DNA of 64,000 bases from Trueperaceae bacterium (GCA_965213925.1 OZ243927.1:2208001-2272000), one strand, 5' to 3'; positions 41,479 to 52,964 are shown, counted from the first letter of the stretch. The notes: generated by a model not told the origin, from the letters alone. Translations and numbers: made by a program.

Positions 41479-43425
41479 TCAAACAAGCCAGAGCCGCGCA
41501 TAGGGCGCTAAAACTAAACCGTCGCCCGAAAAGGTCACGAACGCCTGCTCCAACACGTCGAACGCACCGTCCAGACCTTGTTCGGAAAGCAGGCGCTTAG
41601 AGACCCACTGCTGCTCTTCTGAAAAGTTATAGATCGCCACGAGCGCCCCTAGTGGATGCGAGCGGCTGTAGGCGAAGAGGTGCGGGTTGCCGCTGTCCAA
41701 AATATCGTTCGCGTATGAAGCGTGAAACTGCGGCGTGCGCTTTCTGGCGCGGGCGATATTTTGGGTACCAGTGAAGACTCGAGCCTCCACGCTCCCCGGC
41801 TCACGCCGCCGCGCCGCCGCGTCCCAGTCCATATAAGGGCGGTGGACCCAGCGGTTGTCGCCCGGATGTTCTTGCACGTAATCGTAGTCGTTAAGCAGCC
41901 CAAGTTCGTCGCCCATGTAGAGGAGCGGAATCCCGCCGAAGCCCGCCATGAGCGCGTGGCCCAGTAGGATGCGTTCGATAGAGAGGGCGATGAGGTGTTC
42001 GTCTCGTTGCTCTAGGGCGAGTTCTAAACCCGCCAAACTTGCGAAACTCCCCGAGACGCGCCGGTCGTTCGTCTCAGGGTTAAACTGGAAGACTTCGCCT
42101 CGAGCGTGCGAGCCTTCAAACTGACCCGAGTAGTAATCGGACAAAAACGAGCGGTGCATCGCGCCGTTTAGGCCCACCGCCGCCGCGTCCTCTTCGGTCA
42201 CTGCCCAGCCGATGTCGTCGTGGCATCTTATATAGGTTCCCCACGCAACCCGCGCGGACGGACGCGGAAAGCGCCCCAAGGTGTGCGTCATCAGGCGCGT
42301 GTCGCGGCTAGCCAATGAGGACCAAAACTGCACCATCAGCGAGTTGTGGTAGGCGATGTTCGAAACCTTGCCGTAGCGCTTGCCCGTGCCGAAGTAGTGG
42401 ATGAGGTCGTCCGGTGAGACGATGGCTTCGGCTTTGTGGGCGACGGCGGGCGCGGCGATGCGCGAGCACGCCCGGAGTGCCTGCAAAATATCGTGGACTT
42501 CGGGCTGATTTTGACAGTCCGTGCCGAGCCGCTTCCACATAAAGGCAACGGCGTCTAAACGGAAAATCTCGACGCCCTTGTTCGCCAAAAAGAACAAAAT
42601 ATCGACGATTTCCACGAAGATATCGGGGTTGCTCCAGTTCAAATCCCACTGGTACTCATTAAAGGTCGTCCAGACCCAGCCCAGCTCGGGGTAATATGAA
42701 AAGTTACCGGGGGCGAAGTCGGGGAAGACTTCGGGCAGCGTTTTTTCGTACTCGTCGGGTATGGCGCGGTCGCCGTAGATGTAAAAGTAGTTTTGATACT
42801 TCTTCTCTCCAGCCCTTGCCCGCTGCGCCCACTCGTGCTCTTTGGCGCAGTGGTTGAGCACCAAATCCAAACAGACGCTAATCCCTCTGCCTCGCAGCGT
42901 GCGGCACACCTTCTCTAAATCATCTACTGTACCGAGTTCCGGCTCGACCGCTCGGTAGTTTTCGACTGCGTAGCCGCCGTCATTCTCACCCTTACGCGCC
43001 TTGATAGTCTTCATCAGGTGGAGGTAGTTCGCGCCGATGTCTTCGATGTAGTCCAGGTGCTCCCCTATCCCTTGCAGCGTCCCGGTAAAGCGCTCTACAT
43101 AGAAGACGTAGCCCATCATGCTCTCGCGCTGGAACCAGTCAGGGGAGAGGTCGCGCTCTATGTCGAGCACCTTCAAATCTTCGGGGCGCTCAGTGTAGTG
43201 TTCGGCTAAGCGGAGGACCAGGCGCTCCATTACCTTAGCGAAGTCGCCGCGTTTGGCGTAGAGCGGTTCTAAGCCGTCGAAGAGGTTTTGAAAGTAGCGT
43301 GCCAAGCGCAGTTTGAAAATCTGCTGGTCGCGCTCGGCTAAACCCTGAAGAGGTTCGTCTAGCTTAGGCAGCAAGGCGTCAAAGTGTCTTTTTGCGTCGG
43401 GTGTAAGGTGGAGGGCGCTCTGCAT
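41479..43425 (-). CDS. Amylosucrase / sucrose hydrolase-like GH13 enzyme
   Basis: DGGYAV, DLVLNH, FRLDAVAFMWK, AEAIV, RCHDDIGW, DNRWVHRP. Confidence 0.9.
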   Translation of the reverse strand: MQSALHLTPDAKRHFDALLPKLDEPLQGLAERDQQIFKLRLARYFQNLFDGLEPLYAKRGDFAKVMERLVLRLAEHYTERPEDLKVLDIERDLSPDWFQRESMMGYVFYVERFTGTLQGIGEHLDYIEDIGANYLHLMKTIKARKGENDGGYAVENYRAVEPELGTVDDLEKVCRTLRGRGISVCLDLVLNHCAKEHEWAQRARAGEKKYQNYFYIYGDRAIPDEYEKTLPEVFPDFAPGNFSYYPELGWVWTTFNEYQWDLNWSNPDIFVEIVDILFFLANKGVEIFRLDAVAFMWKRLGTDCQNQPEVHDILQALRACSRIAAPAVAHKAEAIVSPDDLIHYFGTGKRYGKVSNIAYHNSLMVQFWSSLASRDTRLMTHTLGRFPRPSARVAWGTYIRCHDDIGWAVTEEDAAAVGLNGAMHRSFLSDYYSGQFEGSHARGEVFQFNPETNDRRVSGSFASLAGLELALEQRDEHLIALSIERILLGHALMAGFGGIPLLYMGDELGLLNDYDYVQEHPGDNRWVHRPYMDWDAAARRREPGSVEARVFTGTQNIARARKRTPQFHASYANDILDSGNPHLFAYSRSHPLGALVAIYNFSEEQQWVSKRLLSEQGLDGAFDVLEQAFVTFSGDGLVLAPYARLWLV

Positions 43426-43600
43426 TGCCTTTCGTTATACCAACTAATTGCACCGTAGCTCGAGACTTAGCGGTTCGTATTCCATTTACAACTGTGACTC
43501 TGGCGATAGTCACTGAGGAGGTCAGTATCTTCAAATAAATACCGGAAGTAAGAGACCGAAATTCGGGGCTCGAACGTAAGATACTCGAGGGGGGTAAAGC

Positions 43601-45202
43601 ATGGACCAACCGCGCTTTGAACTAGCGACGATAGATATCATTATCGTGATCGTCTACTTTATCGGCATCATCGCTCACGGCGTTTACGTGAGCCGCAAGG
43701 GGAACGAAAGTTCCGACGATTACTTCTTGGCGGGGCGCGGGCTCCCCTGGTACTTAATCGGCTTTTCGCTCTTCGCCTCGAACATGTCGGGCTCGTCCTT
43801 TGTCGGGCTGATGGGCGGCACCTACGCCAACGGCATCGTGATCTACAACTACGAGTGGACCGCGACGCTGGTCTTAATCTTCTTCGCGTTTTTTATCCTC
43901 CCCTACTTCTTACGCGCCAAGCTCTACACCGTCCCCGAGTTTTTAGAGAAACGCTTCGACAACCGCAGCCGCCGCGCCTACTCCGCTTTCACCGTTTTAG
44001 CGGTTATCTTTATCGACGCAGCCGCCGCTGTCTACGCGGGCGGCTTAGTCATCACCCAGGTTTTCCCCATCGACCTCTGGTTAGCCGCCGCGATTCTAGC
44101 GGCAGTCGCGGGCGCGTATACGATTTTAGGCGGGCTCGCCGCTGTCGTCGTCACCGACACGGTGCAAGCGATTTTGCTCATTATCGGCTCGCTCATCATC
44201 TTCGTGCTGGGGCTTAACGCAGTCGGCGGTTGGGACGCGATGTTTGCGGGCGTCCCCGGCGGGAAGACCTCCATCATCCAACCGCCCACAGACGACTTTG
44301 TCCCCTGGCCCGGTCTGTTGGGCGTGCTGGTTGTCGGCTTCTACTTCTGGTCGTTCAACCAGTTTATCGTGCAGCGCACGCTAGGCGCGAAAGACTTAGA
44401 CGAGGGGCGCAAAGGGGCGCTCTTCGCCGGGCTCTTAAAGCTCCCCAATATCTTCATTATGGTGCTGCCCGGTCTCATCGCGCTGCAGCTCTACCCGAAC
44501 CTCTCGAACCCCGACCTCGCGTTTCCGGCGCTCGCCTTTGACCTCTTGCCCGTCGGTCTGCGCGGGCTCATCATGGCGGCGCTCATCGCCGCGATCATGT
44601 CGAGTTTAGACTCCGCCTTTAACGCCATCAGCTCGATGGTCACGATGGACTTCATTGAGCCGATTCGCCCCGACTTCGGTCAGGACACCCTGGTCAGAAT
44701 CGGACGCATCTTCACAGGGGTTGCCATGGTTATTGTCGCGGTCTACGCGCCCTTAATCGCCAACTTCGAGACGCTCTTCGGCTACTTGCAGTCGGCGCTC
44801 TCGTATATCGTGCCCGCGCTTGTCGCCATCTTCTTTTTAGGTCTCTTCTGGAAGCGGGCGAACGCGGACAGCGCCTTTTACACCATCGTCCTAACGCTCC
44901 TCATCGGCATCCCGCTCTTTATCTTGAAAGAGGTCACGGGCACCTGGAGCGCCTGGGGGCTGCCCGACATCCACTTCACTTACATGGGCATCATCATGTT
45001 CGTCCTCGGGGCGCTGCTGGTCGTCGGTATCAGCTTAGCGGGCGAAGAGCCGGACGAGGAAAAGGTCAGGCAGTACGCCTTTACGCAGGAGAACTACCGG
45101 AAAGATATCGCCAGCGTAGACAAGGTTTGGTACCGAGACTTCCGTCTTCAGTCGGTCGGCTTGGCGGTTGTTATGGTTGCGGTGATTGTGGCGTTTTGGT
45201 AG
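43601..45202 (+). CDS. Sodium:solute symporter (SGLT-like sugar transporter)
   Basis: DYFLAGR, SLFASN, GGLAAVVVTDTVQ, NQFIVQRTL, AIMSSLDS. Confidence 0.92.
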   Translation: MDQPRFELATIDIIIVIVYFIGIIAHGVYVSRKGNESSDDYFLAGRGLPWYLIGFSLFASNMSGSSFVGLMGGTYANGIVIYNYEWTATLVLIFFAFFILPYFLRAKLYTVPEFLEKRFDNRSRRAYSAFTVLAVIFIDAAAAVYAGGLVITQVFPIDLWLAAAILAAVAGAYTILGGLAAVVVTDTVQAILLIIGSLIIFVLGLNAVGGWDAMFAGVPGGKTSIIQPPTDDFVPWPGLLGVLVVGFYFWSFNQFIVQRTLGAKDLDEGRKGALFAGLLKLPNIFIMVLPGLIALQLYPNLSNPDLAFPALAFDLLPVGLRGLIMAALIAAIMSSLDSAFNAISSMVTMDFIEPIRPDFGQDTLVRIGRIFTGVAMVIVAVYAPLIANFETLFGYLQSALSYIVPALVAIFFLGLFWKRANADSAFYTIVLTLLIGIPLFILKEVTGTWSAWGLPDIHFTYMGIIMFVLGALLVVGISLAGEEPDEEKVRQYAFTQENYRKDIASVDKVWYRDFRLQSVGLAVVMVAVIVAFW

Positions 45203-45241
45203 AAGAGAAAGTTTGAGTATAGTCTCTATAGCTCTAGTAAT

Positions 45242-45673
45242 TTAGAGACCAAGAACTGAGAGCGTACCCTCTTCGGAGATATTTTGCTGAATCCAGCGTC
45301 CTAAATCTTCGAGCATAGAGGCTAACTGCGCGTGTGCTGTGTCCCACTCATCCTCGAGCCAATCAACATCGCGCAAGCGAATCTCGTACTGGATACCAAG
45401 CTGCATAACCGACATAGCATCTGTTTCTCTCACAGCGTCGGCATACTTGAGCAGGTCCTCCGCGAGCTTATGCGCACGCCGCGCATCTACGACCATGTAG
45501 GCGTACCAGCGATAATCTTGTATGTGCTCTTTCAAGAGCGAGTCGAACAACCTAACGTCCTCATACCATACGAAGACCGAGGTATCATTCCAGTGCTGTC
45601 CATCAAACTTCCGAGGTAAAAACTCGAAGTACTTGCTTCCCTGAAGGTCTTTTATGTCCGTGATGAGTTTCAA
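45242..45673 (-). CDS. Hypothetical protein
   Basis: 143 aa ORF, 12 nt downstream of the Uma2 gene; family not recognised. Confidence 0.6.
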   Translation of the reverse strand: MKLITDIKDLQGSKYFEFLPRKFDGQHWNDTSVFVWYEDVRLFDSLLKEHIQDYRWYAYMVVDARRAHKLAEDLLKYADAVRETDAMSVMQLGIQYEIRLRDVDWLEDEWDTAHAQLASMLEDLGRWIQQNISEEGTLSVLGL

Positions 45674-45685
45674 AAATGTCAGGCT

Positions 45686-46303
45686 CTAAAAATTATGCTT
45701 GTCGAGCAACTCCAATATCGCTTCGGGCAACCACTGTCGCGCCGTATCAGGGAAGGCGGTGGGTGCTAAGGTCGCGGTTAAATCCTCGTTCACGCGGCGG
45801 GCGTATTCACCGTCTTTAGGCTCGGTGTAGACCTCGATGCGGCGCTGGATGAGGTTGACAATCCAGACTTCGGGAATCTCTGAGCGGGCGTAGAGAGGGA
45901 GTTTTAGGATTCTATCCTTGCGAAGTGTCGTATCTGACACTTCAATAACCAAATGCACATCCTCTGGTTTCGGATGGTCTACGTAGAGCTTGTCTTTAAT
46001 CAACAAAACGTCGGGCTGAGGTAGCTCGGCGTCCTCTAAGTCACCGGAAAGCCTCAGAGGATTTTGGGGCAAAATTTGCGCTCTGCCATCAAAAGCGACG
46101 CTGAGTCGCTGCGTAAATCTCGCCGTTACAAAGCCGTGGGGTGGGTTGATGGTCATTTTGAAGATATGCCCTCCGAGAAGTTCGACGTGTTCATCTTCAC
46201 CAATGATGCCCCTTTTCTCCATCTCTAAAAGGTCACGGTAGGTGAATTTTCGCAGTCCTGACTCGTCGGACGTTGGTACTGCTTTGCGCTCTAAAATTGC
46301 CAT
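45686..46303 (-). CDS. Uma2 family putative endonuclease
   Basis: HVELLGG, PQPDV, LVIEVSDTTLRKDR..KLPLYA..IPEVWIVN. Confidence 0.92.
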   Translation of the reverse strand: MAILERKAVPTSDESGLRKFTYRDLLEMEKRGIIGEDEHVELLGGHIFKMTINPPHGFVTARFTQRLSVAFDGRAQILPQNPLRLSGDLEDAELPQPDVLLIKDKLYVDHPKPEDVHLVIEVSDTTLRKDRILKLPLYARSEIPEVWIVNLIQRRIEVYTEPKDGEYARRVNEDLTATLAPTAFPDTARQWLPEAILELLDKHNF

Positions 46304-46350
46304 ACTTTAGTTTACTCCGTTTTCAGGTGTGAGGGTTTTGAAGTAGAAGC

Positions 46351-46417
46351 AGCCGTTAGCGGTTGGCCATTAGCAAAAGCCCTCAAGCTAACGGCTAAAA
46401 GCTAACCGCTAATAGCT
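46351..46417. repeat. Heptamer-based hairpin (GCTAANN units) at the purK 3' end
   Basis: AGCCGTTAGC / GCTAACGGCT inverted pair plus GCTAACG GCTAAAA GCTAACC GCTAATA. Confidence 0.55.
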
Positions 46418-47529
46418 CGTCTAGCTTCCTTTACCCGCTCCACAATCCCTTCCCTACTCCCCGCCAACGCCGTTACATGTCCCATCTTCCGCCCCGCTCT
46501 CGCCTCGGCTTTGCCGTAGAGGTGCAGGTACACGTTAGGGAGGAAGAGCGCTTTCGCCCAGTCCGGCTCGCCGTTTTGCCACACCTCGCCTAAGAGGTTC
46601 GCCATCGCCGCAGGGCGCAAAAACTCAGTTGACCCGAGCGGTAAACCGCACACGGCGCGGAGCTGCTGCCCAAACTGACTCGTCGCGCACCCTTCGATCG
46701 TCAAGTGACCCGAGTTATGTGGGCGCGGCGCGATTTCGTTGACGATGAGTTCACTCTCGTGCGTGAGGAAGAATTCGACACACGTCGTACCGACGACTTC
46801 TAACGCTTCTAAAATACCTCTGGCAATCTCTACCGCTTCAGCCGTAACCTTTTCGGAGAGGTCGGGCGGCGCAAAAGAAACGTCTAAGATGTGGTTTTCG
46901 TGCTGATTTTCAATGACGCCGTAGTGAGCGAAGGAACCGTCTTGACCTCTCGCCGCGACGACAGAGACCTCTCGCTCAAACTCTATAAACGCCTCTAAAA
47001 CTGCCTCTTGCTTCAATTCAGCAAAGGCGCGTTTTCCCTCCTCTACGCCCCTAACCTTCGCCTGCCCCTTGCCGTCGTAGCCAAAACCAGCCGTTTTCAG
47101 CACCGCAGGCGTGCCGACCTCTTGCAGCGCGGCGTCTATCTCGTCCTCTTGACGAACCGCTCGAAAGGGAACGACTGGGAAGCCCTGTTCCGACAGAAAG
47201 GTCTTTTCTCGTAGGCGGTTTTGCGCGGTGTAGAGCGCTTTAATGCCGGGATGCACAGGCGCGTGCTCCAGGGCAGCCTCGAGCGTCGTGACGGGGATAT
47301 TTTCAAACTCGAGCGTGACCACGTCAACCTCTTTGGCAAAGGCTTTCACCACGTCTATATCGTCGTAAGGAGCGCTCACCTCTTTGTCCGCGACTTGACC
47401 TGTCGGCGTATCCTCGCCGGGTGAAAAGGTGTGGACGCGGTAGCCCATATACTTTGCCTCAACTGCCAGCATCCGCCCGAGCTGACCGCTGCCTAAGATG
47501 CCGATGGTCGAGCCGGGTAAAAAGGTCAT
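46402..47529 (-). CDS. purK: N5-carboxyaminoimidazole ribonucleotide synthase
   Basis: [38 protein letters not shown]. Confidence 0.95.
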   Translation of the reverse strand: MTFLPGSTIGILGSGQLGRMLAVEAKYMGYRVHTFSPGEDTPTGQVADKEVSAPYDDIDVVKAFAKEVDVVTLEFENIPVTTLEAALEHAPVHPGIKALYTAQNRLREKTFLSEQGFPVVPFRAVRQEDEIDAALQEVGTPAVLKTAGFGYDGKGQAKVRGVEEGKRAFAELKQEAVLEAFIEFEREVSVVAARGQDGSFAHYGVIENQHENHILDVSFAPPDLSEKVTAEAVEIARGILEALEVVGTTCVEFFLTHESELIVNEIAPRPHNSGHLTIEGCATSQFGQQLRAVCGLPLGSTEFLRPAAMANLLGEVWQNGEPDWAKALFLPNVYLHLYGKAEARAGRKMGHVTALAGSREGIVERVKEARRAISG

Positions 47530-48035
47530 GGCAACTCCGAATTTAGAACGTTCTCGGTTTGAGTGCGGCGGAACTCGAGGAGCTTGTCGCGTAAGGGGGG
47601 TCTCGAGGTCGCCAAGATGGAGACTGCTAAAAGCGCCGCGTTGATTGCGCCTGCGCGTCCAATCGCCAGCGTACCCACCGGAACCCCTGCGGGCATTTGG
47701 ACGATGGAGAGAAGCGAATCTACACCGTTTAAGACGCGGCTCTGCACAGGTACGCCTAAGACGGGTAGAACAGTCTGCGCCGCGACCATCCCCGGCAGGT
47801 GCGCCGCGCCGCCTGCGCCCGCGATGATGACCTCTAACCCACGTTCCGCCGCACCTTCGGCAAAGTCAGCCATCCGAGCGGGCGTTCTATGTGCGGAGAC
47901 GACAGCGCGTTCAAAAGGTATATCAAACTTCTCCAACGTCTCCACCACATGCTTCATCGTCTCCCAATCGGAGGTGCTGCCCATGATGACCGCCACAAGA
48001 GGTTGCTCGAGTTGAGGGCTAGAAGCTGCCGTCAT
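47526..48035 (-). CDS. purE: N5-CAIR mutase
   Basis: [35 protein letters not shown]. Confidence 0.96.
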   Translation of the reverse strand: MTAASSPQLEQPLVAVIMGSTSDWETMKHVVETLEKFDIPFERAVVSAHRTPARMADFAEGAAERGLEVIIAGAGGAAHLPGMVAAQTVLPVLGVPVQSRVLNGVDSLLSIVQMPAGVPVGTLAIGRAGAINAALLAVSILATSRPPLRDKLLEFRRTQTENVLNSELP

Positions 48036-49023
48036 TGTGGACCTCTTTCGTGGCAGCGCGTCTCAGTCTGTCGCGCACGGCGAGCCATTCGGGGATGCTG
48101 GGCACAGCCTCTACGATGATTTCGTCGCAATTTGCTTCGTCGAGTTCGCGGAGCCCAGCGTAAAGTCTTTTTCCATACGCCGCTGGGTCGCCGGGCAAGA
48201 CGAGCCACCTCTCGCTCTCTAACCAGGCGGGCTTTTGACTTCTCGCCAATATTGCGAGCTTTTTGTCCACATTTTCGCCTAGATAATCTGTCAGGCTTTC
48301 AGCGATGACAACAGGCGTTGTTGGGGCGTAGTGGCTTTCCAAGGTTCCGGGTGCTTTAGGCACGTCACCTTTGTCTGTACTCGCATCTGTTCCCACGAGT
48401 GGCTCCTCTCCTAAAACCTCGGCGAGTTGCGTGAGCGAGACCGCGCCGGGACGCAGCAAACGGGGTCTCGAGCCGCTCATATCTAAAATCGTGGACTCTA
48501 AACCGACCTCGCACGGTCCGCCGTCTAAAATCATATCGACTCTGTCGCCCAATTCCGCGCGGACATGCGCCGCTGTAGTCGGGCTGATGCGCCCGAAGCG
48601 GTTGGCGGAAGGGGCAGCGAGTCCACTGCCGAAGGTCTCGAGCAAGGATAGCGCCAACGGATGCCCCGGCACACGCATACCTACCGTATCCTGTCCGCCC
48701 GTCACTACGTCCGGCACACGTTCCGAGCGCTTCAAGATAAGCGTCAAGGGTCCAGCCCAAAAGGTCTCGGCGAGCGTGTAGACCTCCCGAGAAACATTCG
48801 TCGTCCATTCTGAAAGCGCATCAGAAGAAGGAAGGTGAACGATGACGGGATGGTCCGCGGGGCGACCTTTGGCCGCGAAAATCCGTTTGACGGCGTCACT
48901 GTTACTCGCATCTGCACCTAAGCCGTAAACCGTTTCTGTTGGAAAGGCAACAAGCCCGCCCGCCCGCAACACTTCAGCGGCTTTCTCTAATTCGACCTCT
49001 TGACGCTTTTGCTCGAGCGGCAT
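48019..49023 (-). CDS. sua5: L-threonylcarbamoyladenylate synthase (Sua5 type)
   Basis: [28 protein letters not shown] plus C-terminal SUA5 domain. Confidence 0.93.
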   Translation of the reverse strand: MPLEQKRQEVELEKAAEVLRAGGLVAFPTETVYGLGADASNSDAVKRIFAAKGRPADHPVIVHLPSSDALSEWTTNVSREVYTLAETFWAGPLTLILKRSERVPDVVTGGQDTVGMRVPGHPLALSLLETFGSGLAAPSANRFGRISPTTAAHVRAELGDRVDMILDGGPCEVGLESTILDMSGSRPRLLRPGAVSLTQLAEVLGEEPLVGTDASTDKGDVPKAPGTLESHYAPTTPVVIAESLTDYLGENVDKKLAILARSQKPAWLESERWLVLPGDPAAYGKRLYAGLRELDEANCDEIIVEAVPSIPEWLAVRDRLRRAATKEVHNDGSF

Positions 49024-49112
49024 CAGGCGTGCATTCTAACGTGTAGGGAGCATCTCAGCTAGTCAGCACTTTAGGACAAGCTAAAACCTGACAAGCTGAA
49101 ATGCTGACACGC

Positions 49113-50027
49113 TCATTTGGATGCACTTTCAATCGCCTCACGAATGACACTGATACTCCTATCCAAATCGCTTCTCTCATCGCCATTGAGTTCGACCTCG
49201 AGCGTCGCCACCACCCCGCCGCGCCCGAGCACGCGGGGCAGGCTATACGCCACCTCGCCGTCGCTCATAGACACGGTGAGGACGCTCTGCTGATTGCCCA
49301 AAACTGCCTCGACGATGCGGGCGATGCCTGTGGCAACGCCGTAATAGGTTGCGCCTTTGCGCTCGATGATGTTGTAAGCCGCCCGCTGCACGTCGCGCTG
49401 CACCTCACGCTGATCATCGTCATTCCACGACAGGTCGCGCTTTGGGAAGTAGCGCGTGAGCGGCATCCCGGCGATATCCATCGTGCTCCACGCGACGATT
49501 TCGGAGTCGCCGTGCTCGCCCAAAACGTAGCCGTGAACGTTCTGCGGCGCAACCTTCGCTTTCGCGCCGACGAGCGAGCGCAGCCGCGCCGTGTCTAGAA
49601 TTGTACCCGAGCCGATCACGCGCGCTTTAGGCAGACCGCTCTCCTGCCACGCGATATGCGTCAATACGTCTACAGGGTTCGTAGCGATGAGCAGCACCGT
49701 GTCCGGCGCGTGCTCGGTGATTTGCGGGACGATATCGCGGAAGATGGCGGCGTTTTTTGCGGCTAAGTCGAGCCGCGTCTCACCCTCTTTCTGGTTCGCG
49801 CCCGCCGAGATAACTACGAGCGCGGCACCTGCTAAGTCCTCGTAGCCGCCGGCTACGACCCTGGCCGGATGCGAAAAGGGTGTCGCGTGCGACACGTCCA
49901 TCGCTTCACCCTCCGCCCTCGCCTCGTTCTTGTCGATAAAGACAACTTCGCTCGCTAAGTTTTCGGTTACTAAGGTGTAGCCCGCCGTCGAACCGACTAA
50001 ACCTGCACCTACGATGCCAATTTTCAC
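49113..50027 (-). CDS. ldh: L-lactate dehydrogenase
   Basis: GAGLVG, AGANQKEGETRL, NPVD, GSGTILDTAR, GEHGDS, KGATYYG; GTG start with AGGAGG. Confidence 0.93.
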   Translation of the reverse strand: MKIGIVGAGLVGSTAGYTLVTENLASEVVFIDKNEARAEGEAMDVSHATPFSHPARVVAGGYEDLAGAALVVISAGANQKEGETRLDLAAKNAAIFRDIVPQITEHAPDTVLLIATNPVDVLTHIAWQESGLPKARVIGSGTILDTARLRSLVGAKAKVAPQNVHGYVLGEHGDSEIVAWSTMDIAGMPLTRYFPKRDLSWNDDDQREVQRDVQRAAYNIIERKGATYYGVATGIARIVEAVLGNQQSVLTVSMSDGEVAYSLPRVLGRGGVVATLEVELNGDERSDLDRSISVIREAIESASK

Positions 50028-50154
50028 AACGACCTCCTACTCAGCGTCACTGTAGCCGCGTGGCGAGGATAAGACCTTGTTTCAAGTAGTGTTTGTGCTC
50101 CCGTGGGTTCCAGGAATTCAAGCGCGCGGTTATGGTTTGATAGTCGGAGGCACT

Positions 50155-50567
50155 ATGAAACGTCAGAACTTTTCGTCGGGTACGCCTTGGGAAGCGGCGG
50201 TCGGGTACTCGAGAGCCGTCCGCGTCGGTCCTCACATATTCGTTGCCGGGACAACCGCGACCGACAGTGAGGGTCGTGTCGTCGGCGTGAGATGACCCTT
50301 ACAAACAGGCGCAGCAAATCTTGCAGAACATCCGCGCGGCGCTGGAAAAAGCAGGAGCGACCTTAGAGGACGTGGTACGCACGCGCATCTTCGTGACCGA
50401 CATTCGCCCACTGGCAAGAGGTGACGAGAGCGCACGGCGAGGTGTTTGCAGACATTCGCCCGGTCGCTACGCTAGTTGCAGTGAGTGGGCTGATCGACCC
50501 TAAGATGCTCGTAGAGATTGAGGCTGATGCGCTGATTGGAGGAAAAGGAGAGAATAGGGATTACTAA
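50155..50567 (+). pseudogene. RidA/YjgF family protein with two +1 frameshifts (~50290, ~50408)
   Basis: [14 protein letters not shown]; then DPYKQ...[12 protein letters not shown]; then HWQEV.RAHGEVF.DIRP...LVEIEADA in successive frames. Confidence 0.8.
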
Positions 50568-50624
50568 GCAATTTTCGTAGGGTGAATGTCTTGGTTTTTA
50601 GTGCGGCTCGAGCCAGCACGTAAA

Positions 50625-51364
50625 CTAGACCTCTTGCTCACTGACCTCAATCAGATGTTCTGCTAACCGCTTCCCCTCAGCCGCCGCCTCTTCGTAGGTC
50701 AGATAGCCAGACGCACAGACGCCTGCGGCATAAGATTGGCGAGTCTTTCTAATTCGAACGTTTCGTTTCTTTCAGCAGGCGCGAAGCGTTTGCAGTTCAC
50801 GGTGTAAGGGAGTGAGCCGTTTTGGGAGTCGGCCTCCAACCGCACCTCTTCAAACGCAAAGCCGAGTGACTGCAAATCTTCAAAGAGGTCGTCGTACGCC
50901 ATCTCGCTGAGGCGACCCGCCTTTTCGGTCAGTTCGCCGACGTTGAGCCGCGCCTCTAAAAAACTGCCGACACAGAGCGCGGTGCGCTTGGCGAGGCGGT
51001 CCACCCCCTCCCAGGTGCGCACGCCTTTGACCTCGCCGTCCGTTATAAGCAAAGACGAGACGCTCGACTGAAGCAAGTGGATGCCGGACTGATGCTCCAA
51101 AACATATTTCGCGCGGCGGTGACACGCCCAGTTACCGACGAAGCCGCGCTCACCGGTCACCTCACTACAGATTGCCATGAGCGTATCTGGGGAAGGCTCC
51201 AAGGTCGCGCCGTCGCCGACGAGATTATAGACCGTATCTAAGCTCGTCGTCACGAGGAGCACGTCGAGTCCTGCTCTCGCGCACGCGAACGCCGCTTCGC
51301 TGCCCGCGATGCCCGCGCCGACCACCGCAACGTCGTAGACATGCCCTGGACCCGGAAAGCTCAC
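50625..51364 (-). CDS. Short GidA/MnmG-related FAD-binding protein, apparent 1-nt frameshift near 50732
   Basis: YDVAVVGAGIAGSEAA, VRTWEG, GSFL, AGRLSEMAYDDL; alternate frame continues YAAGVCA..YLTYEEAAAEG to TAG at 50625. Confidence 0.75.
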
Positions 51365-51370
51365 CTGCGC

Positions 51371-51949
51371 TTACTCGCTAAAGCCGTCCAGCAGCGGGAA
51401 GGGCTGCCGCCGTCCGGGGGCGCGTAAGAGGAGGTGTTCGCCCGTCCGGGTGCGCTGATAGATGAAGACGCCTTTAGGGTGCGATAGGAGGTCGCTCGGC
51501 TGCTGCGCGTCCACCATGACGCGCAGGTGAAGGGGCAGCGTGTTTTGAAGTTCGCCGAGTTCGTAGTGTTCGCCCTGAGCGCGGTAGCCGAAAAAGACGT
51601 CGGTGGTGATTTCGCTGTAGATACAGGTCAAGGACTGGGCTTCCGAGGCGCGGTAGAGCGCAACGGCTTCCCAAACCGCGGAGAGCGCCTCCTCTTCACT
51701 CACGAGGTCGCGGGTGATGCTCCCGGTGTCACCGTAAAATGCCGCCGGGAAGTTGCGCGACTGCGCGTAAAAGCCGTGCTTACTCACGATGAGCCGCATC
51801 ACCTTGTTGCTGTACGACGAGCCTTTCACCGCGTTCTTCATATAGGCGATGGCAAGCCCGTAGCGGCGCTCGTGCAGCTCGGCAAAGTCTTCCCAATCGG
51901 GGTCGATCAGAGCGGTGTCGGTATTGACCTCGAAACCTGTGCGCGTCAA
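51371..51949 (-). CDS. Hypothetical protein
   Basis: 192 aa ORF with typical codon bias, TTG start, 6 nt upstream of the GidA-like gene. Confidence 0.7.
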   Translation of the reverse strand: MTRTGFEVNTDTALIDPDWEDFAELHERRYGLAIAYMKNAVKGSSYSNKVMRLIVSKHGFYAQSRNFPAAFYGDTGSITRDLVSEEEALSAVWEAVALYRASEAQSLTCIYSEITTDVFFGYRAQGEHYELGELQNTLPLHLRVMVDAQQPSDLLSHPKGVFIYQRTRTGEHLLLRAPGRRQPFPLLDGFSE

Positions 51950-52057
51950 TGTAACTCTCCAAGGGGTGTAAGTGCGAGTTCGTCTAATGTAGTTGATTGC
52001 AGGTTCGCCAGCATAGTACTCATTCTAATGTCACGCGTCGTCTTAATAATTTCAACC

Positions 52058-52876
52058 TTAACGGCTCGAGCGCTCACCTTGGCTACCTCCGCCCTTTGCC
52101 TTCATCCCCGCCTTTTCTCCCCCTACCTTATCTCCTATGTGCAGCGCCGACACCCCAAACGTCTGCAAGGTGTAGCGGACGTTCCCGAACCCTGCCGCCT
52201 CCATCATCGTCGCGAGTTCGGCGGGCTTAGGAAACTTTAGGACCGAGTCGGGCAGATAGGTGTACGCGCTGCGCCTGCCGGACAAGAGCCCGCCTAAAAT
52301 CGGTACGACTTTAAGAAAGTAAAAGCGGAAGAGTTGCCCGAACACACCTCCGGGTGGAGGCGGAAACTCCAAGACGACCAAGCGCCCGCCGGGTTTGAGC
52401 ACGCGGTGAAACTCAGCGAGGCCTCCCTCATAATCCGCGAAGTTGCGCAGTCCGTAGGCGATTGTTAGCGCGTCGAACGTGTTGTCAGAAAAATCTAAAG
52501 CTAAGCCGTCGCCCTGCTCGAGTCTGATATCTACGCCTCTTTTCGCGGCTTTGGCGCGACCTAGCTCGAGCATCGCCGGGACGAAATCCACGCCGATCAC
52601 TGCGGCGTTCGGCGCAGCCTTTTTGAGTGCTAAGGCGAGGTCCGCCGTACCTGTTGCCACATCTAAAATGCGCGGCGCGTCCCCCTGCACCCTTTCCAAC
52701 GCCCGTGCGGTCGCCTCGCGCCGCCATGAGCGGTCGATGCCTAAACTCAGCAGGCGGTTCAAGAGGTCATAGCGGCGTGCAATCGCGCCGAACATCTCCC
52801 TGACCTGATGCGCCTTCTCCTGATCTTGCGGCGCATCGTTTTTCGGCTGAGCGGGTGAAGGCTTAGGCGAGTCCAT
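52058..52876 (-). CDS. menG: Demethylmenaquinone methyltransferase (MenG/UbiE)
   Basis: YDLLNRLLSLG, LDVATGTADL, AYGLRN, RVLKPGG, YTYLPDS. Confidence 0.92.
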   Translation of the reverse strand: MDSPKPSPAQPKNDAPQDQEKAHQVREMFGAIARRYDLLNRLLSLGIDRSWRREATARALERVQGDAPRILDVATGTADLALALKKAAPNAAVIGVDFVPAMLELGRAKAAKRGVDIRLEQGDGLALDFSDNTFDALTIAYGLRNFADYEGGLAEFHRVLKPGGRLVVLEFPPPPGGVFGQLFRFYFLKVVPILGGLLSGRRSAYTYLPDSVLKFPKPAELATMMEAAGFGNVRYTLQTFGVSALHIGDKVGGEKAGMKAKGGGSQGERSSR

Positions 52877-52964
52877 GCCTTTACGGTATCACGGCGTTCT
52901 CGGCGGTGTCTTAACGTTGCTGACTCGGAACCTTCATCGTTCGGGCTTCACCGAACACGAAAGG

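Noticed and set aside
51527..52240. Long antisense/shadow ORFs (this one, 63287-63925 and many others)
   Set aside because: They overlap well-supported genes on the opposite strand; expected in GC-rich DNA.
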